From assembly GCA_965198005.1 (NCBI GenBank), contig CBDAOI010000003.1:704001-768000 (forward strand): a stretch of DNA of 64,000 nucleotides, given 5' to 3'. Position numbers and translations under genes: made by a program. The DNA comes from Spirochaetia bacterium. GTDB taxonomy: Bacteria; Spirochaetota; Spirochaetia; SZUA-6; Bin103. Each line of letters begins with the position of its first letter. Position 1 is the stretch's first letter. Below are positions 31,623-41,779 of the stretch, in pieces. The notes under the pieces are model-generated. The model worked only from the letters and a program-made list of their open reading frames with translations, searched no databases and was not told the DNA's origin.

Positions 31623-33407
31623 CTAGCCGCCCATTTCCCTCTTCAGCGCCTGATCGATCCAGAGGCGGGCGAAGACGGCGTTCTTGTTCCAGACCCCCAT
31701 GTAGAAGTCACCGTCGAAGCCCTGCAGCCACGGCTGGGTGACGTTGAACCATGGATTCAGGCCTCCCCACATGACGATGTGGTTCTTGACGAGCCAGAAA
31801 TCTGCCTCTCTCCCGAGCCGCTGATGTTCCTCCGCGGTGGCAGCCACTTTCAGTCCCTCGATCAGTGCGTCGTACTCCGGGTCACTGAGTCCGGCGATGT
31901 TATTGGCGGCGCCGGACGCCGTGTGGTGCAGCATAATGAGAGGGCGATATGGGGTCCCCTGACTCCAGGTGCTGATGCCGTCATAGTCGCCCTTGCCACC
32001 CCCGGCGTTGGCCCGGATCGTAGACCAGTCCTGTTGTCTGATCTCAACCTCGACCCCGATCTCGGCAAGGTAGCCTTGGACGATCTCACGATGCCCGACA
32101 CTGGTGGGGTTGGCGATGATGTCGCTGATCGTGAATCGGATGCCGTCGGCGCCGCGCGGATACCCGGCCTCGTCGAGGAGCTTCTCGGCAGCTTCCGGGT
32201 CGTACCGGTAGTACTGCTTGACCTCCTCGGGCCACTCCGCATACGGAATCGCAAATCCGGTGAACGGCTGTAACGAGCCCATGGGTTCGGGCCGCATCCA
32301 ACCCTTGTAGTAGGTGTTGTTGATCGTTTCGAGGTCGACCGCCATCTGTATGGCGTGGCGCACGCGGATGTCGTCGAAGGGTGGCTTGGTCAGGTTGAAG
32401 GCAGCGCCCTCCCCCCCCCGAAAATAGTACGCGTTCACCCTCAGCTCGGGGTTGGTCCGCTGCAGGCTGTCGATCGGGTCCACCGTAGAGAACTGACCGT
32501 GGCCGTTGTGCGCAAGGTAGTCGATCTGGCCGGTGCGCATGGCCGATACGCGCGTCGCTTGGTCTGGCATGATCAGTCTGACCAGCTCGTCGATGTAGGG
32601 CAAGCGGTTTTCGGGGTACTTCTCGTCGTGGCCCCAGTAGTCGGGATTCTTCACCCAGGTGATGGAGCTGCCGTCGACCCAGTCCGTCAGCATGAAGGGA
32701 CCGGTACCGACCAGGTTCCTCCAGTCGGCGACGTCGCCGTGCTGCTCGATCGCCTCGGGGGCGTTTATGAACCCGATATTGTCGTCGATCAGCACCAACA
32801 GCGCATCGAGGGGTGGATCCTGTAGCTTGACCTCGACCGTGTATCTGTCGGTGGCGGTGACCGATTCCCATGACAGGTCGGGGTATCGGGTGTTCTGGTC
32901 GCTGGTGCGCCAGCGTTCGAAGTTGTACACCACGTCCTCGGCGGTCAGCTCGCGACCGTTCATCGGTGCCTTGTCGTGCCAGCGAACGCCCTGCCGGATG
33001 TGGAAGATATAGGTCGAAGGGTCGGGGATGTCCCAGCTTTCGGCCAGAGCCGGGGCAAACTGGTCTTCGAGCAGGAACTCGTTGGCGAGATTGTTCACGC
33101 TCCGATCGATGCCCCAGTTGGCGATGCCGAGCTTCTCGACCACGCCGCTGGCGGCAGATCCCGCCCCGATCCCACCGATCATCGCGTCGGAGTTCGGAGG
33201 CTCGAACGAGGCGCCGTAGGTCAGCGTCCCACCATACTCCGGTGCCGTGTACACCTTGCCGTTGGTGGGGTCGGTGACGTACTTCTTGTCGGCCGCGGCT
33301 GCCGCGCCGACGCTATCGCTTTCGCCGGCGGCGAACGAAACGGTGGCCACCAGCGCGAACGCCAGTGCCATCGATACTGCGATTGCTTTTGCTAAGAATC
33401 TCATCAA
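31623..33407 (-). CDS. Peptide ABC substrate-binding protein (module 4)
   Basis: Signal peptide, APEYGGTLT, SBP family 5 motifs, GGAGG RBS. Confidence 0.94.
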   Translation of the reverse strand: MMRFLAKAIAVSMALAFALVATVSFAAGESDSVGAAAAADKKYVTDPTNGKVYTAPEYGGTLTYGASFEPPNSDAMIGGIGAGSAASGVVEKLGIANWGIDRSVNNLANEFLLEDQFAPALAESWDIPDPSTYIFHIRQGVRWHDKAPMNGRELTAEDVVYNFERWRTSDQNTRYPDLSWESVTATDRYTVEVKLQDPPLDALLVLIDDNIGFINAPEAIEQHGDVADWRNLVGTGPFMLTDWVDGSSITWVKNPDYWGHDEKYPENRLPYIDELVRLIMPDQATRVSAMRTGQIDYLAHNGHGQFSTVDPIDSLQRTNPELRVNAYYFRGGEGAAFNLTKPPFDDIRVRHAIQMAVDLETINNTYYKGWMRPEPMGSLQPFTGFAIPYAEWPEEVKQYYRYDPEAAEKLLDEAGYPRGADGIRFTISDIIANPTSVGHREIVQGYLAEIGVEVEIRQQDWSTIRANAGGGKGDYDGISTWSQGTPYRPLIMLHHTASGAANNIAGLSDPEYDALIEGLKVAATAEEHQRLGREADFWLVKNHIVMWGGLNPWFNVTQPWLQGFDGDFYMGVWNKNAVFARLWIDQALKREMGG

Positions 33408-33439
33408 GATTCCTCCATCTAAATATGCAATGTGTCATA

Positions 33440-33565
33440 GAGCACTGATTCCACTGCCGGCCCCTCGCCTGCTCTACTCGAGCGAGGGCGACACCTTCTA
33501 GCGGCCTGCCTCGGCCGCTCGGTCCCTGCGTTAGTCCTGTATCCCGTGCCTCCTTTGACGCGCGT
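33440..33565 (-). promoter_or_regulatory. Conserved leader B (also 37752-37877 on - and 44284-44400 on +)
   Basis: GCGTCAAAGGAGG...TAACGCAG.GACC...GGTGTCGCCCTCGCTCGA...GAGCAGGCGAGGGGCCGGCAGTGG shared upstream of three SBP genes. Confidence 0.55.
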
Positions 33566-33936
33566 CGCGCCGACGGCATGCAAGCGATGACGTGACTCGC
33601 GTCACTCGCAACGTCATCGCTAGCCGGCCAGTGGGACCGATGGCATCAGCTCCCATGCGCGGACGATTGTAAAGGGCGGACGACCACATTCCGGTTAGCG
33701 CCGTTAGCGAAGGATAGCACGGCTCGTCTGGTCCCGCACACCCGCGCCCTTGCCCATCAGCAGTTCTCGGTGAACGGGTAGTGGTGGTGGTAGGATGCAC
33801 CGGCTGCGTTACCGCTAACCGGTGGGACCGCTGGGACGTGTCGTCACGCATCACGGTGCCCATGAGAACGCAGTCTGCCGCACGCGCGGCAAACAGTCAA
33901 GCGGGTCGCGGCATCTGCTTCCCTCGCGCCCCCGAG

Positions 33937-34866
33937 CTACGCCTGCTTCTTCACCGGCTCGCGGCCGAGGCGCCCCCCGCCACCCCGCAGCCGCGGGTCG
34001 AGCAGGTCCCTGATCGCATCGCCGAACATGTTCAGGCTGTAGACCAGCACGGTCAGGAAGATACCGGGCCAGAACGCCAGCCACGGCGCCTGCTCCATGT
34101 ACTCGCGCCCTTCGCGGCTCAGCATCCCACCCCAGCTGGGAACCTCCAGTGGCAGACCGAAGCCGAGAAAGCTCAGCGAGGCCTCACTGATGATTACCGC
34201 ACCGATGTTGATACTGAAGACGATGATCACCGGCGCGACGATGTTGGGCACGACGTGGCGAATCAACGTCATTCCCCTCGATGACCCAATCGCCTCGGCC
34301 GCCTGAAAGTAGACATTCTCCTTGATGGCGATGACGGCGCTGCGGACCACCCTCGAGCCGCCGATGCCGCCGGTTACGCCGAGGACCACGATGGTCTGCA
34401 CCAGCCCCTGCCCCACGATGGACATGATGGTCAACAGGATCAGCAGTCCGGGTATCGACACCCAGGCATCGACGAATCGTTGGGTCGCCAGGTCGACCTT
34501 ACCGCCAACGAATCCGGAGGCACCGCCGATCACCAGGGCGACCACGACGTTGAGGGCGGTCGCGGCCAGGCCAACGGTCAGCGAAACACGCGCGCCGTAA
34601 ATCAGGCGGGTCAGCAGGTCGCGTCCGACATGATCGGTGCCGAGCAGAAAGCGCGCCGAGGGCCCGCTGAGCCGATCGGCCAGGCTCATCTCCAGCATTC
34701 CGTAGGGAGCCAGCACGTCGGCGAAGATGGCGGTCAGAACGAACAGCACGATGATGATCCCACTGGCGGTTCCCAGGGGTTTCTCTTTCCACAGCCGAGC
34801 GAAGAAGTAGGCGGCGCCGGTGCGGGTCTTCGGCTCGCTCACCGCGGTGGTCTGTCTGTCACTCAT
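33937..34866 (-). CDS. DppC-like permease (module 5)
   Basis: Permease motifs; near-identical paralog. Confidence 0.94.
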   Translation of the reverse strand: MSDRQTTAVSEPKTRTGAAYFFARLWKEKPLGTASGIIIVLFVLTAIFADVLAPYGMLEMSLADRLSGPSARFLLGTDHVGRDLLTRLIYGARVSLTVGLAATALNVVVALVIGGASGFVGGKVDLATQRFVDAWVSIPGLLILLTIMSIVGQGLVQTIVVLGVTGGIGGSRVVRSAVIAIKENVYFQAAEAIGSSRGMTLIRHVVPNIVAPVIIVFSINIGAVIISEASLSFLGFGLPLEVPSWGGMLSREGREYMEQAPWLAFWPGIFLTVLVYSLNMFGDAIRDLLDPRLRGGGGRLGREPVKKQA

Positions 34867-35815
34867 AGCGGATTCTCGGATCGAGGAACCCGTACGTCAG
34901 GTCGATGAGCACGTTCCCCACCACGACGAAGCTGCCAAACAGCAGGTTGATTCCCGAGACCACTGTGTAGTCTCGGTCTTCGAGAGCATTCAGCATCAGA
35001 CGACCCAGCCCAGGCAGATTGAAGATGTTCTCCATGATGACCGAGCCGCCCACCAGGATGGGCAGCTGCAAGCCCACCAGCGTAATCACCGGGATGATGG
35101 CGTTCTTGACCGCGTGCCGCACGACCACCGCCCGCTCCTTCAGACCCTTGGACCAGGCGGTGCGGACATAGTCCTGCCGCAGCACCTCCAACATCATGGT
35201 GCGTGTCATCCGCATGGTGGCCGCGGCCATCGCCGTTCCCAGGATGGCGCCGGGAATGATGAACATCCCCAGGTTCCCCAGCGGGTCGGCGCTGAACCGG
35301 ATGAGGCGCATCGGTGGTGACCAGCCCCACCAGATTGCCGGGTAGAGCATGACCATCACCGCCAGCCAGAAGTTGGGCGTTGCCAGGCCGATGACGGCAA
35401 CCGAGCGTCCCACGTAGTCGGCGGCGGTATCCTGGCGGATCGCCGAGTAGATGCCCACCGGCAGGGCGATCAGCAGCCCGATCACCAGCGCCGTCACGCC
35501 GAGCTGAATCGTCACCGGCAACCTACCCGCTATCTTCTCGTTTACGGAGAAGCGGCCGAGCAGGGATTGACCCAGGCTCCCGTGCAGCACGATGTCGCCC
35601 AGCCAGCGCGCGTACTGCACGGGAATGGGCTGGTCCAAGCCGAGCTTGCGCTCGAGAGCTTCGCGGTCGATCTCGCCGGCGGTGAAGGCGTACTCTTCCT
35701 GCATGGCGTCGATGACATCGCCGGGGATGAACCGGACCAGCAGAAAGACGATCATGCTCAGGATCAGGAGCGTAGGGACGACCAGCAGCACCCTTCTGAT
35801 GACGTACGCTCTCAT
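34859..35815 (-). CDS. DppB-like permease (module 5)
   Basis: Permease motifs. Confidence 0.94.
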   Translation of the reverse strand: MRAYVIRRVLLVVPTLLILSMIVFLLVRFIPGDVIDAMQEEYAFTAGEIDREALERKLGLDQPIPVQYARWLGDIVLHGSLGQSLLGRFSVNEKIAGRLPVTIQLGVTALVIGLLIALPVGIYSAIRQDTAADYVGRSVAVIGLATPNFWLAVMVMLYPAIWWGWSPPMRLIRFSADPLGNLGMFIIPGAILGTAMAAATMRMTRTMMLEVLRQDYVRTAWSKGLKERAVVVRHAVKNAIIPVITLVGLQLPILVGGSVIMENIFNLPGLGRLMLNALEDRDYTVVSGINLLFGSFVVVGNVLIDLTYGFLDPRIRYE

Positions 35816-35929
35816 GGCAGATACCTGGCTGTTATCACGCGGCGTGCGGAGATGAGAGGGGAGCCGGGATAGCGGTCGGCTGCCCGACTCCCCCCTCCCC
35901 TAGGTCACGATTGACTAGCGATACCTGAG

Positions 35930-37719
35930 CTAGCCGCCCATTTCCCTCTTCAGCGCCTGATCGATCCAGAGGCGGGCGAAGACGGCGTTCTTGTTCCAGA
36001 CCCCCATGTAGAAGTCACCGTCGAAACCCTGCAGCCACGGCTGGGTGACGTTGAACCATGGATTCAGGCCTCCCCACATGAAGATGTGGTTCTCTACGAG
36101 CCAGTAATCGGCCTCTCTCGCGAGCCGCTGATGTTCCTCCGCGGTGGCAGCCACTTTCAGTTGCTCGATCAGTGCGTCGTACTCCGGGTCACTGAGTCCT
36201 GGGACGTTGTTCGGGTGGCCCGACGACGTGGCGTTCAGAATTACCAGAGGGCGATACGGAGTGCCCTGACCCCAGTTGGTGATGCCGTCATACTCGCCCT
36301 TGCCACCCCCGAAGTTGGCCTGCATCGTAGGCCAGTCCTGTTGCCGGATCTCGACCTGGACCCCGATCTCGGCAAGGTAGCCCTGGACGATCTCACGATG
36401 CCCGATGCTCTGGGGGTTGTAGATCATGTCGCTGATCGTGAATCGGATGCCGTCGGCGCCGCGCGGATACCCGGCCTCGTCGAGGAGCTTCTCGGCAGCT
36501 TCCGGGTCGTACCGGTAGTACTGCCTGACCTCCTCGGGCCACTCAGCAAACGGAATCGCAAATCCGGTGGCGGGCTTTATCGTCCCCATGGGTTCGGGCC
36601 GCATCCAACCCTTGTAGTAGGTAGTGTTGATGGTTTCGAGGTCGACCGCCATCTGTATGGCGTGGCGCACGCGGATGTCGTCGAAGGGTGGCTTGGTCAC
36701 GTTGAAGGCAGCGCTCTCCCCCGCCCGAAAATAGTACGGGTTCACCCTCAGCTCGGGGTTGCTCCGCTGCAGGCTGTCGATCGGGTCCACCGTCTGAAAG
36801 TGTCCCCGGCTGTTGTGAGCAAGGTAGTCGATCTGGCCAGTACGCATGGCCGAGATGCGTGTCGCTTGGTCTGGCATGATCAGTCTGACCAGCTCGTCGA
36901 TGTAGGGCAGGCGGTTCTCGGGGTACTTCTCGTCGTGGCCCCAGTAGTCGGGATTCTTGACCCAGGTGATGGCGCTGCCGTCGACCCAGTCCGTCAACAT
37001 GAAGGGACCGGTACCGACCAGGTTCCTCCAGTCGGCGACGTCGCCGTGCTGCTCGATCACCTCGGGGCGTTTACGAACCCCATACTGTCCTCGATCAGCA
37101 CCAACAGCGCATCGAGGGGTGGATCGACCAGCTTGACCTCGACCGTGTATCTGTCGGTGGCGGTGACCGATTCCCATGACATCGCGGGGTATCGGGTGTT
37201 CTTGTCGCTGGTGCGCCAGCGCGCGATGTTGTACACCACGTCGTCGGCCGTGAGCTCGCGACCGTTCATCGGTGCCTTGTCGTGCCAGCGAACGCCCTGA
37301 CGGATGTGGAAGATATAGGTCGAAGGGTTGGGGATGTCCCAGCTTTCGGCCAGAGCCCCGGTAAAGTGGTCTTCGAGCAGGTACTCGTTGGCGAGATTGT
37401 TCACGCTCCGATCTATGCCCCAGTTGGCGATGCCGAGCTTCTCGACCACGCCGCTGGCGGCAGCTCCTGCCCCGATATCACCGACCATCGCGTCGGAGTT
37501 CGGAGGCTCCGACGAGGAGCCGTAGGTCAGCGTCCCACCATACTCCGGTGCCGTGTACACCTTGCCGTTGGTGGGGTCGGTGACGTACTTCTTGTCGGCG
37601 GCGGCTGCGGAGTCGTCGCTGTCGCTTTCGCCGGCCCCACCGGCGAACGAAACGGTGGCCACCAGCGCGAACGCCAGTGCCATCGATACTGCGATTGCTT
37701 TTGCTAAGAATCTCATCAA
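35930..37719 (-). CDS. Peptide ABC substrate-binding protein (module 5), 1-nt deletion at ~37067
   Basis: ORFs 37057-37719 and 35930-37177 join to give a paralog of the module 2 SBP; CTCGGGGCGT vs CTCGGGCGCGT. Confidence 0.88.
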
Positions 37720-38069
37720 GATTCCTCCATCTAAATATGCAATGTGTCATAGAGCACTGATTCCACTGCCGGCCCCTCGCCTGCTCTACTCGAGCGAGGG
37801 CGACACCTTCTAGCGGCCTGCCTCGGCCGCTCGGTCCCTGCGTTAGTCCTGTATCCCGTGCCTCCTTTGACGCGCGTCGCGCCGACGGCATGCAAGCGAT
37901 GACGTGACTCGCGTCACTCGCAACGTCATCGCTAGCCGGCCAGTGGGACCGATGGCATCAGCTCCCATGCGCGGACGATTGTAAAGGGCGGACGACCACA
38001 TTCCGGTTAGCGCCGTTAGCGAAGGATAGCACGGCTCGTCTGGTCCCGCACACCCGCGCCCTTGCCCAT

Positions 38070-38909
38070 CAGCAGTTCTCGGTGAACGGGTAGTGGTGGT
38101 GGTAGGATGCACCGGCTGCGTTACCGCTAACCGGTGGGAGCGCTGGGACGTGTCGTCACGCATCACGGTGCCCAGAACGCAGTCTGCCGCACGCGCGGCA
38201 AACAGTCAAGCGGGCATTCAGGTGCCCCCGCCAGCCGGTGGGAACTCTCCCACACGATCGCCTCATGCCTCGCTCCGCTCCGCGGCCAGCCACTCACCGA
38301 GACTAACAGCACAATAAGGATTGTAAGGCTTATTCCGGCGGTTGTCAAACCTGAATTCGGTGACGTGGATGGGACCCGTTCGGCATCTGCTTCCCTCGCG
38401 CCCCCTTCCGTAGAGCTATCTGCTTACTCTGTCATAAAATACCGAACACTGCCCGCGTCCCTTCATCCCCAAGAATAGTTCAGTCGATTGCCCTGCGAGG
38501 GGTCGGAGGTGGCGGTGGGCGACCCGGCACAGGCAGCGTCGTGTGCTCAGCTGGCAGGGCGCGCCGGCTGACCCACACCGGAGCCCAGGGTGGAGCCGTG
38601 CACCAAGCGCCTGCTGGCGGCGCAGGGAGCACACCAGCCCCCCGGCCAAGTCTCCCGGCGCGGTTACCCGGACGCGGTATGCGCGGTACCCGGTCCGACG
38701 CAGGCACTAATCAGGGATGATAACGTTCAGCGCTACCCGGACAGCGGCTGCGGCGGCGAGTTCATCCGCACCAGCACCTGGTCCCACGACGGGAACAGGA
38801 ATAGCCGAAACGTGGCACGCACCGCGCCCCAGAACTCCCGGCGCGCCCCGAACCCAGCCCGCACCTGCTGATACGGACCGTCCACCAGCTCGAATATCTG
38901 GTGCATGAA
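38070..38909 (-). mobile_element. ISNCY-like 3' fragment with probable right end
   Basis: FMHQIFELVDGPYQQVRAGFGARREFWGAVRATFRLFLF (38733-38909); CAGCAGTTCTCGGTGAAC at 38070. Confidence 0.6.
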
Positions 38910-38915
38910 ATAGGC

Positions 38916-39044
38916 ATGGAGCAGACGCCCTGGCTGGCGCTGTGGCCCGGTCTTTGCCTGACTATTGCCGTTTACTGTCTAAACATGCTCGGCGACGCCA
39001 TGCGGGACCTCCTCGACCCCAGGCTCAGGGGCGGCGAGGGGTGA
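38916..39044 (+). pseudogene. DppC-like permease 3' tip (copy of the module 6 end)
   Basis: MEQTPWLALWPGLCLTIAVYCLNMLGDAMRDLLDPRLRGG. Confidence 0.8.
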
Positions 39045-39170
39045 GGGGGGCTAGGGCGGACATCCGCCTGAGGCGGACCCCTGTCCGAATTTGTCATTGA
39101 CAAGGACCCAAATCAAGTATCTAGTTCGCTGACTACTTTGACACCCAAATATTCGAATGGAGGAATTGAC

Positions 39171-39737
39171 GTGAACTCATCTAATGAACAAGTTATTTTT
39201 GAAGACCGCTTCGATGGGGCGCTAGACGAAGGCTGGTCATGGCTGAGGGAGAACCCGGACCGTTGGCGTATTCGAGACAGCGGGCTGGAGATTTGCGTCG
39301 AGCCCGGTGACGCTGCTACGGTCAGGAACGCGTTGCTCAGGCCCGCGCCAGACCGCGGCGCTGGCACATTTGCCATCGAAGTGACCGTTACCAACCACAC
39401 CTATCCAACCCAGCCGTATGAGCAAGCGGGGATCACCTGGTACAATGACGGCAAGCCGGTATTCAAGGAGGTGAAGGAGCTCCTTGACGGCGAGCTTTAC
39501 ATCATCCCCGGGCGGCAGCCGATGCCGGCGAAGAGCGTCCGACTGCGCTTGCTGGTTACCGCGGATTCTTGGGAAGCACAATATCGCCCCGAAGATGCGA
39601 CAGAATTCCAAACGGCGGCAACAGGCGACCTTCCCCCGCCGGGCGACGACCAGGTGAGTATCCAGTGCTATAACGGCCCGGCAGATGCGGCGCATTGGAT
39701 TCGGTTCGAGAAATTCAGCATTAAGTCATTAACCTAG
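39171..39737 (+). CDS. DUF1349 / concanavalin A-like beta-sandwich protein (copy 1)
   Basis: FEDRFDGALDEGWSWLRE, YEQAGITWY; GGAGG RBS before GTG; near-identical to 48356-48922. Confidence 0.7.
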   Translation: MNSSNEQVIFEDRFDGALDEGWSWLRENPDRWRIRDSGLEICVEPGDAATVRNALLRPAPDRGAGTFAIEVTVTNHTYPTQPYEQAGITWYNDGKPVFKEVKELLDGELYIIPGRQPMPAKSVRLRLLVTADSWEAQYRPEDATEFQTAATGDLPPPGDDQVSIQCYNGPADAAHWIRFEKFSIKSLT

Positions 39738-39855
39738 CTAGGTACATACCAACTCATGTGCCAGACAAGTACCGCAGGATTGCAGGTGCGGTAACTGTTT
39801 GGTCCCGGACATTCCGGCTTGCGGCACCATGGCGACTACTGACAGGAGCTCATAG

Positions 39856-40368
39856 ATGACACAGACACTTCCGACGGCGGTTCTGGGTCGTACTGGGCTC
39901 GAGGTCTCCAGACTGGGATATGGCACCGCGCTTCGTAACCAGCCCAACCACGAGCAGTGGGGAAGGCTTCTCAACACCGTCCTGGACTCGGGAATCAACT
40001 TCATCGACACGGCGAACGACTATGGCGTTGCGGGCATCACTCGATCGGCGAGCGGCCCCGCGCGGGTGATGCTCCCGGTCATTCGTGAACAGGGAGCTGC
40101 CTACGTGATTGGCGGCATCTTTTCCGTGCCTGGCAGAGGTGTCGTCAACGGCGCGCTGTTCAGGGACGAGCGCCTCCTCGAGTTGGCCCGAACGACCGGT
40201 ATCTCTATTGCGGCGCTGAGTGTGCGCTTCTTGCTGGCGAATCGGGAGATTACGACCATCCTGGTGGGTGCGTCCACACCCGAGGAGCTCGAGGAAAGTG
40301 TCGTGGCGGCGCAGGCCGGTCCACTCCCGCCGGATATTCAGCAAACTCTGGAGGAGCTCGCCTCGTAA
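39856..40368 (+). pseudogene. Aldo/keto reductase, internally deleted
   Basis: LGRTGLEVSRLGYG, GINFIDTANDYG, jumping to C-terminal TILVGASTPEELEE. Confidence 0.8.
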
Positions 40369-40379
40369 CGGCCCCGACT

Positions 40380-40702
40380 TGACCGCGAGGACGCTCTGAG
40401 TAATGCGTGCGCAGCGCCCCGAGATCACCGCTCGCACGATCGAATCGTACCTCCACAACCTCTATCGTGCGCAGCCTGACTTCGTCTACAGCGTGTCCCG
40501 CGACTTCGCGCGATCGTGCCCCACGCCGATCCTGGTCATGCCCGATGACGCACCGTCGCACCCCTACCAGACATCCATGGACATTGTCGAGCTGGCGCCA
40601 CACGCCGAAGTTACTCCCTTCCCCTGGGCAGACCAACCCGAAATGCTAGCCCAGACCATCCAACAGGTGCGCGATTTCCTGCACGCCCATGAACCCAGGT
40701 GA
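40380..40702 (+). pseudogene. Alpha/beta hydrolase-like C-terminal fragment
   Basis: DFVYSVSRDFARSCPTPILVMPDD..HP...APHAEV..W. Confidence 0.6.
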
Positions 40703-40876
40703 GAAATTTGGGCATGTTCCTGGAGTCCCTGGGGGCCGTAACCGAGCTGCGCCCGCTGAGTTCGGCATTGGCATAGATGGGGCCCCAACTGAAGTAACTG
40801 AAGTGCGCACGATTGACAGTGGGCATGGGCGGCGGTGAGCGGGACCAGACGGCGTGCTGTCCTTGGCCGGCTTAGA

Positions 40877-41251
40877 TTAGGTCACGCGCGCCAGCGGTAC
40901 CCGCGTCGACTTCAGCATCTGCCGGTCTCGAGTCAGCAGGGGGATGTTGTGCACCACGCTGGTCGCCGCGATCAGCTCGTCGGCCGGGTCGCCGCGAAAG
41001 TCCAGGTCGATCGAGGCCCGGGCTACGTCGAGGTCGAGCGGCCAAACGTGCAGGCTGGCCAGCACACTCTGGACCTCGGCGTCGCCGAGATCGACGTCGA
41101 GCCGGCCAAGCTGCGACAACTTCGCCAGCTCCCAGAAGACGATGGCCGCCACTCCCCAGTCGTGCTCGATCAGCATCGACTCCTCCGTAGGTCTCAGGTC
41201 GCCGGTGAGGGCGTGCACGAGAATGTGCGTATCAAGATTCAGCAGCGGCAT
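40877..41251 (-). CDS. vapC: VapC PIN-domain toxin
   Basis: LDTHIL, FWELAKL, GDPADELIAATS, LLTRD. Confidence 0.9.
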   Translation of the reverse strand: MPLLNLDTHILVHALTGDLRPTEESMLIEHDWGVAAIVFWELAKLSQLGRLDVDLGDAEVQSVLASLHVWPLDLDVARASIDLDFRGDPADELIAATSVVHNIPLLTRDRQMLKSTRVPLARVT

Positions 41252-41462
41252 CCCACGTCACTCCCGTGGTGAGGATGTCACCGCGTACGGCTAGCTTCCC
41301 TCGTAACGCGCCGATCAGCTGGCGCGGTTGCACTGGATAGCGCACAACCCGTGCCACCGGCTTGCCGTGTTTGGTAACGATCAGGCCGTCGCGGGGGAGG
41401 TCGTCGAGAAGCGCCAGGCACTGCTCCTTGAATTTCGCTGCACCGATCGTCCGCGTGTTCAT
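41232..41462 (-). CDS. Phd/YefM-family antitoxin
   Basis: IGAAKFKEQCLALLD...IVTKHGKPVARVV; overlaps vapC. Confidence 0.9.
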   Translation of the reverse strand: MNTRTIGAAKFKEQCLALLDDLPRDGLIVTKHGKPVARVVRYPVQPRQLIGALRGKLAVRGDILTTGVTWDAAAES

Positions 41463-41779
41463 AAGTGGTCATATAATACGACCAGGCGGAAATTATGACC
41501 AGTGCCGACCACCCGCCGCCGGCCTACTCGCGTAGCTGGCGCGGCCAGTTCCGACCACCCCCCGCCGTTGGCCACTGCCGCGGCAGCTAATGGTCTGGCG
41601 AGGCGGCGCCGAGGCGCTGTATCACGCCGACGGGTCGATGGACCTCGAGCGCAACGAAGCGCTCCGGCAATTTCTCGGCAAGGCCCCCAGCCCCGTCGAC
41701 GAGGAGACCCTGCGCCGCGTTCTCCGGGAAGAGTTCCATACAACAGACTGAGGCGAGTCAGCGTAGATGGCGAGCCTAG

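Noticed and set aside
18132-37719. Diversity-generating retroelement acting on the SBPs
   Set aside because: No RT, Avd or template repeat. Differences span more than 1 kb and include non-adenine patterns (e.g. TTC/ATG). Conserved third-position C is explained by GC bias.
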